Assembly (NCBI GenBank): GCA_040770465.1
Contig: JAXGJB010000001.1
Location: 1-64,000 of the forward strand
DNA: 64,000 nt
DNA from: Methanothrix sp.
GTDB lineage: Archaea > Halobacteriota > Methanosarcinia > Methanotrichales > Methanotrichaceae
Direction: 5' to 3'
The notes under the pieces are model-generated. The model was not told the DNA's origin. It saw only the letters and a list, made by a program, of their open reading frames with translations, and searched no databases. Shown piece after piece: positions 58,933 through 64,000 of the stretch. Every line of letters begins with the position of its first letter. Position 1 is the first letter of the stretch. Position numbers and translations under genes: made by a program.

Positions 58933-59730
58933 TCACCTCAGATTCTCCATCGCCTCCTCCACAGGCCTGTCGTGGTGGACGATTGAAGCGATGGCCCTGG
59001 TCATCTTGATCGGGTTCTCGTGCTGGAAGACGTTTCTTCCTATGGCGACCCCCCGGCCCCCGGCGTCTATGGCGCCCCGGATCATCTCCAGAAACTCCTC
59101 GTCCGTCTCGGTCTTTGGGCCGCCGGCTATCACCACCGGGACCGGGCAGCCCGCCACAACCTCCCTGAAGGTATCGGGGTCACCGGTGTAGTTCGTCTTG
59201 ATTATGTCGGCCCCCAGCTCCGCCCCGGCCCGGGCGGCCAGGGAGACGACGTCGACGCCGTTGGGGTCGGTTATCTTGTCCCCCCTCGGGTACATCATGG
59301 CGATGAGGGGCATCCCCCAGAAGTCGCACCTCTCGGCGACGCTTCCCAGTTTCTTGAGCTGATCAGCCTCGGTCTCAGAGCCGATGTTGATGTGGACGGA
59401 GACGGCGTCAGCCCCCACCTTCAGGGCCTCCTCCACCATGCAGACCTGGACTTTGTTGTTGGGGTCGGGACCGAGGGAGGTGCTGGCGGACATGTGGACG
59501 ATCAGGCCGATGTCGCTTCCGTAGCCGCGATGGCCGTGTTTCACCATCCCCTTCTGCTGGAGGACGGCGTTCGCGCCCCCCTCGGCCACCTTGTCCACCA
59601 TCTCCGAGAGGTCCACCAGACCCTTGACAGGACCCACGGATATCCCATGATCCATGGGGATGACGACGGTATTTCCGCTGTTCCGATCGATGATCCTCTC
59701 CATCCGCACCCTTTTGCCAATCTCGCTCAA
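58933..59730 (-). CDS. 2-amino-3,7-dideoxy-D-threo-hept-6-ulosonate synthase (AroA', class I aldolase)
   Basis: [57 protein letters not shown]. Confidence 0.88.
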   Translation of the reverse strand: MSEIGKRVRMERIIDRNSGNTVVIPMDHGISVGPVKGLVDLSEMVDKVAEGGANAVLQQKGMVKHGHRGYGSDIGLIVHMSASTSLGPDPNNKVQVCMVEEALKVGADAVSVHINIGSETEADQLKKLGSVAERCDFWGMPLIAMMYPRGDKITDPNGVDVVSLAARAGAELGADIIKTNYTGDPDTFREVVAGCPVPVVIAGGPKTETDEEFLEMIRGAIDAGGRGVAIGRNVFQHENPIKMTRAIASIVHHDRPVEEAMENLR

Positions 59731-59852
59731 TTCCGAATCTCCTTCGTGTTAACATGGCACACGATAGCATATGCCATATATAAGCCTGACGATAGGCCTG
59801 ACGCCGTGATATTTATAGGGTTGCAAGACCGATACCCATCGGAGCTGATACT

Positions 59853-60077
59853 TTGGAGCAGGAGTTCGGCAGAATCAGAAAGAGCGAGACGACGGAGCTT
59901 GTGATCAGGCGGACCGAGTTTCGCGGCTCTGCGGGGATCGACATCAGAGAGTATGTCACGAGCGACAGGTACACCGGCTGGTCGAAGAACGGCATCAGGA
60001 TACCGGTAGACCAGTGGCGGTCCTTCAAGGAGATCCTGGAGAGGATCGAGGTCCCTGAGGGAGGAGAAGGCGATTAA
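59853..60077 (+). CDS. PC4/YdbC-like ssDNA-binding protein
   Basis: EFRG...IDIREY...GWSKNGIRIP..QW pattern of the PC4 fold; TATA-like TTTATA upstream. Confidence 0.75.
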   Translation: MEQEFGRIRKSETTELVIRRTEFRGSAGIDIREYVTSDRYTGWSKNGIRIPVDQWRSFKEILERIEVPEGGEGD

Positions 60078-60879
60078 CCGGGACGGCTTCGAGCGGGAGT
60101 ACCGGGGATGGCTCGTATCGGTGGCGAAGGATATCGCCCGCCGGCTGGCAGGATTCGACCCAAAAGAGCGGGATCGGATCCTCACGAGGTCCCGGGAGAT
60201 GGAGGACCCAAAGCGGGTATTTCGCCCCCTAAGAGACCCGGATCGGATCGCCCGCCTGGGGGGCGAGGAGGCCGAGGGGTACATCCTGGTGGAGACGGAC
60301 GCCGTCACCTTCTTTCCCTCCATCGACTCGTCGAACCCCGGCGCCCTCGACTTCGCCGTTGCCATGAACCGGCGCTACTACTTCCGGGGGCTCTGGTTTT
60401 CCATCATATCCCTCAACACCGAGTACCTGAGCCGGGTCTCTGACAGGGTTCTGGCCTACGCCCTCGAGCACGAGTTCGAGATGGGGAGGCTCTATCAGCA
60501 GGCTTTCGAAGAGATGAGGAAGCTCTCCCCCGGAGAGAAGCTTGAGATCAGCAGGCTCGCCCACCAGACCTCGGTTAAGAAGACGAAGATCTCCCTTGAG
60601 GATCTGATCGACGAGGAGAGGCTGATGGTATCCCTATCCGAATCTCAGCCGGCCGTCCCCAAGCCCTACGCCGAGACTGCCCTTCTGACGTATCTTGATG
60701 AGAACTTCTCGGATCTCGAAAAGTTCGGCGTCAGAAGCGACGGCGAGGAAGAGGACGCCTTCGGAGCCGAGCTCTACGACGAGTTCGAGGGATGGTCGGA
60801 GTTCTCCATCACGTCGTACCGCCTCTTCGTTCGGGAGGCGGCCCAGGGCGTGAGGGAGGCGTACCAGGGGTACGTCTAA
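60073..60879 (+). CDS. Conserved hypothetical protein (probable ATT start at 60073; first canonical start GTG 60121)
   Basis: Host-like codon usage; ETDAVTFFPS, LDFAVAMNRR, ALEHEFEM. Confidence 0.7.
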   Translation: MNRDGFEREYRGWLVSVAKDIARRLAGFDPKERDRILTRSREMEDPKRVFRPLRDPDRIARLGGEEAEGYILVETDAVTFFPSIDSSNPGALDFAVAMNRRYYFRGLWFSIISLNTEYLSRVSDRVLAYALEHEFEMGRLYQQAFEEMRKLSPGEKLEISRLAHQTSVKKTKISLEDLIDEERLMVSLSESQPAVPKPYAETALLTYLDENFSDLEKFGVRSDGEEEDAFGAELYDEFEGWSEFSITSYRLFVREAAQGVREAYQGYV

Positions 60880-61127
60880 ATGCGCTTCATTCAGATCGTC
60901 TTTCTCATCTCATCCAATCCGTTCGACCCCTTGCGACCATCATCCATCTAGCCTGCTTCTTCATCTCCAACCGGGCTCTGGCCGACCATCTCTTGTCAAA
61001 GCGTCGGAAGCCGGCGGGTAATATCCTCAAAAATCGAGGAGAAAAGGTACGCGGCATCGAGTCCTGAGCATTTATATAGTAGTCTCTCCCTGTAAGTTGC
61101 CATCAAGATCATCAGAGGAGACCCGAT

Positions 61128-62378
61128 TTGTCCAGTCAATCCAACTTGCACAAAAAACCGGCCGTGAACATAGGCATGGTGGGCCATGTCGACCACGGCA
61201 AAACGACCCTGGTAAGAGCCCTTTCAGGGGTGTGGACCGACCAGCACAGCGAGGAGATAAAGAGGGGGATCTCCATCAGGCTCGGCTACGCCGACGCTAC
61301 ATTCAGAAGATGTCCAAACTGCCCCGAGCCTGAAGCCTTCACCGTGGAGGAGACCTGCCCTGCTTGCGGCTCTCCGAGTGAGGTCCTCAGGACTGTATCT
61401 TTCGTCGACTCTCCCGGCCACGAGACTCTGATGGCGACGATGCTCTCGGGCGCTGCCATCATGGACGGCGCGGTCCTGATCATCGCCGCCAGTGAGCCCT
61501 GCCCCCAGCCCCAGACCAAAGAGCATCTCATGGCCCTGGACATAACCGGCATCGACAAGATCGTCATCGTCCAGAACAAGATCGATCTCGTCTCCAGGGA
61601 GAGGCTGATCGAGCACTACAACGAGATCAAGAAGTTCGTAAAGGGTACCGTCGCCGAGAACGCCCCGATCGTCCCCATATCGGCCCAGCAGAACGTGAAC
61701 ATCGACATGGTGATCCAGGCGATAGAAGAGACGATCCCGACGCCTGAGAGGGACGTGGAAAAGCCGGCCCTCCTCAAGATCGCTCGATCCTTCGACGTCA
61801 ACCGCCCCGGAACCTTGCCAGATAAGATCGTCGGCGGGGTCATCGGAGGCACCCTCACCCAGGGTTTGCTCAAGCCCGACGATCCCCTCGAGATCAAGCC
61901 TGGCAGGTCGGTGGAGTCGGAGGGTAGGAAGGCGTGGGTTCCCATCGAGACGAAGGTGACGGCGCTTATGGCGGGAGGCGGCCCCCAGGATGAGGTCACC
62001 CCCGGCGGCCTGATCGGTGTCGGGACCCAGCTGGACCCCGCCCTCACCAAGAGCGACCTTCTGGTGGGCCAGGTGGCGGGATTTCCGGGAACGCTCCCCC
62101 CCGTCTGGAACAGCTTCACCATGAAGATAAGGCTCCTGGAGAGGGTTGTGGGGGCCATGGACGAGGCCGACGTCGAGCCGATTCACACGAGCGAGCCGTT
62201 GATGCTGAACGTCGGCACCGCCACCACCGTCGGTGTAGTCTCCAGCGCCAGAGAAGGCGGTATGGTGGAGGTCCAGCTGAGAAGGCCGGTCTCTGCCGCC
62301 CTGGGCGACAGGGTCGCCGTGAGCAGGCGGATAGGCGCAAGATGGCGGCTGATCGGCGTCGGCACCATAAACAAATAG
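61128..62378 (+). CDS. eif2g: Translation initiation factor 2 gamma subunit
   Basis: [47 protein letters not shown]. Confidence 0.97.
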   Translation: MSSQSNLHKKPAVNIGMVGHVDHGKTTLVRALSGVWTDQHSEEIKRGISIRLGYADATFRRCPNCPEPEAFTVEETCPACGSPSEVLRTVSFVDSPGHETLMATMLSGAAIMDGAVLIIAASEPCPQPQTKEHLMALDITGIDKIVIVQNKIDLVSRERLIEHYNEIKKFVKGTVAENAPIVPISAQQNVNIDMVIQAIEETIPTPERDVEKPALLKIARSFDVNRPGTLPDKIVGGVIGGTLTQGLLKPDDPLEIKPGRSVESEGRKAWVPIETKVTALMAGGGPQDEVTPGGLIGVGTQLDPALTKSDLLVGQVAGFPGTLPPVWNSFTMKIRLLERVVGAMDEADVEPIHTSEPLMLNVGTATTVGVVSSAREGGMVEVQLRRPVSAALGDRVAVSRRIGARWRLIGVGTINK

Positions 62379-62426
62379 ATGTATGGGGTCTCTCGAGCTC
62401 TTAATTGACGGGGTGCTGAAAGCCGC

Positions 62427-62825
62427 ATGAAGGTGCTCCTCGACACCAACGCCCTCATGGTTCCAGGTCAGTTCCGGATCGATATCTTCGACGAGCTGGA
62501 AGGTCTCGGATATCGGAGTTTCCTCGTGCCGCGCCCCGTCCTCTTCGAGCTTGAGGCTCTCGCCAGCCTCGCCGACACCCGGCGGGATCGGACCGCCGCA
62601 CGGATCGGCCTTGAGCTGGCAGGCCGGTGTGAGGTTGTCGAGGCGACCGGGGTGGCGGACGAGGTCCTCGTCGACCTCGCTCTGAAAGCAGGCGCAGCGG
62701 TCTTCACCAACGATAAAGAACTGAAGAAAAAGTTATCTAGTAGATGTGTTACCGTTATACACCTGCGCCAGAGACGACGCCTGGAGATCGCAAACAGAAA
62801 GGAGTTCCGATGTATAAGAAGATGA
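62427..62825 (+). CDS. PIN domain protein (Fcf1/VapC-like)
   Basis: VLLDTNAL, V..EL, AD, TNDKEL; conserved position after eif2g. Confidence 0.88.
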   Translation: MKVLLDTNALMVPGQFRIDIFDELEGLGYRSFLVPRPVLFELEALASLADTRRDRTAARIGLELAGRCEVVEATGVADEVLVDLALKAGAAVFTNDKELKKKLSSRCVTVIHLRQRRRLEIANRKEFRCIRR

Positions 62826-63382
62826 AGCTGGAGGGGATAGTCAGGATACCTCCTGGCCAGATGGGCGACCCCCTCGAAGAAGCGGTGGAGATGGCGCTCA
62901 GAAACAAGTACGAGGCGAGGGTGGACAAGACCCTGGGCACCGTCGTCGCGGTGCTGGGGGTAGACGACATAGGCGAAGGGAGGATCCTGGCAGGAGATGG
63001 GGCGGTCTATTACGATGCGACCTTCGATGCTATAGTCTTCAAGCCCGAGATGCAGGAGATCGTCGAGGGCGAGGTGGTGGAGATCGTCAAGTTCGGCGCC
63101 TTCATAGGGATGGGACCTTTTGACGGGCTTCTTCACGTGAGCCAGATAACCAACGAGTATATATCGTACGATGAGAAGAATGCGCGGCTCGCGAGCAAAG
63201 ATTCGAACAAATCTCTCGACGAGGGGGATCGGGTCCGCGCCCGGATCATCGCCATCAGCCTCAACGAGAAAGAGCCCCGCGAGAGCAAGATCGGTCTCAC
63301 CATGAGGCAGACGGGCCTGGGAAAGATCGAGTGGCTGGAGGCTGCTCGGCGAAGGGAAGAGGCAGAGGTTGAATCGAGATGA
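62810..63382 (+). CDS. rpoE1: RNA polymerase subunit E' (Rpo7)
   Basis: From ATG 62810: VRIPP, GDGAVYY, FGAFIGMGPFDGLLHVSQI, KIGLTMRQ.GLGK.EW. Confidence 0.96.
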   Translation: MYKKMKLEGIVRIPPGQMGDPLEEAVEMALRNKYEARVDKTLGTVVAVLGVDDIGEGRILAGDGAVYYDATFDAIVFKPEMQEIVEGEVVEIVKFGAFIGMGPFDGLLHVSQITNEYISYDEKNARLASKDSNKSLDEGDRVRARIIAISLNEKEPRESKIGLTMRQTGLGKIEWLEAARRREEAEVESR

Positions 63383-63564
63383 CCGAACAGGCTTGCAGGG
63401 AGTGCCACAGGATCGTCGAGGGTCTGGTCTGTCCCATCTGCGGCTCCTCGTCCCTGAGCAAGGACTGGACCGGGTACGTCGTGATAATCGACCCCAAAGA
63501 GTCTGAGGTTGCAAAGAAGCTGGGGATAACCCTTCCAGGAAGGTACGCCCTGAAGGTGCGATAG
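63379..63564 (+). CDS. spt4: Transcription elongation factor Spt4 (RpoE'')
   Basis: ACRECH, CPICG, W.GYVVIIDP, PGRYALKVR. Confidence 0.95.
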   Translation: MTEQACRECHRIVEGLVCPICGSSSLSKDWTGYVVIIDPKESEVAKKLGITLPGRYALKVR

Positions 63565-63566
63565 AT

Positions 63567-64000
63567 TTGAAGATATTGCGTCTTCCCGAGGAGCTCCGTT
63601 CCGAGCTGAAGCCCCCCCTGGGCAAGCTATTCAGAGGACGGGGACAGGAGTGCATAGCTCCCATGCAGGACCTCCTCCGGCCCGCGCCGAAGGTGATCGC
63701 CGTCGGCGACGTCACAACCTTCTGCCTGTTGTCCTCATCAGGCAGAAAGCCCGACATCTGCATCGTGGACAACAAGACGAAGAGGATGCCCGTGCCCGAT
63801 CACGTTCAGCAGGGTATCGGCGACCTCGACAGCTACGAGATCGTCGAGGTGGCCAACCCCGCGGCGACCCTCAGCCAGGAGCTGATCGACGTGATAAAGG
63901 ACCGGCTAGCCTCCGACGGACGGGTCAAGATCGTCGTCGACGGCGAGGAGGATCTCGCCACCCTCCCCGCCATCGTCTACGCGCCCCTCGGCTCGACGGT
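63567..64000 (+). CDS. GTP-dependent dephospho-CoA kinase (DUF359), cut by the window end
   Basis: Manual translation from TTG 63567: (M)KILRLPEELRSELKPPLG...AVGDVT...IVDNKTKR...NPAATL...VDGEEDLATLP; conserved position after spt4. Confidence 0.88.
   Translation, partial: MKILRLPEELRSELKPPLGKLFRGRGQECIAPMQDLLRPAPKVIAVGDVTTFCLLSSSGRKPDICIVDNKTKRMPVPDHVQQGIGDLDSYEIVEVANPAATLSQELIDVIKDRLASDGRVKIVVDGEEDLATLPAIVYAPLGST

Overview
High-GC archaeal chromosome segment from a methanogen. It carries mfnB, aroA', thi4, pan, aMBF1, the trmY-pus10-rpl21e-rpoF-DUF655-rsmA block, rps13-rps4-rps11-rpoD, eif2g-PIN-rpoE1-spt4, tRNA-Leu(GAG) and the initiator tRNA-Met. Gene content and style suggest Methanothrix/Methanocrinis (inference). 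The main accessory feature is a ~17 kb insertion between serA and ribK (~15.5-32.8 kb). It holds a tightly spaced minus-strand three-gene operon: a 1196-aa beta-rich protein, a 484-aa ComEC/Rec2-type metallo-beta-lactamase-fold hydrolase whose catalytic part is visibly AT-richer than its N-terminus, and a ~3350-aa protein with ~9 LysM-like motifs. A secreted-protein gene, a gene fragment and an IS481-like remnant lie next to it. This operon is the best candidate for an uncharacterised system (glycan-targeted delivery or toxin, or defence). Also noted: a SIR2-like gene cut by the window start and missing from the ORF track, a 20-unit mosaic secreted TPR protein, an apparently frameshifted RlmJ-like gene, a divergent FtsZ, a structured rps13 leader that hides its SD, and a probable ATT start codon. 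All calls come from motif recognition by eye; no searches were run.
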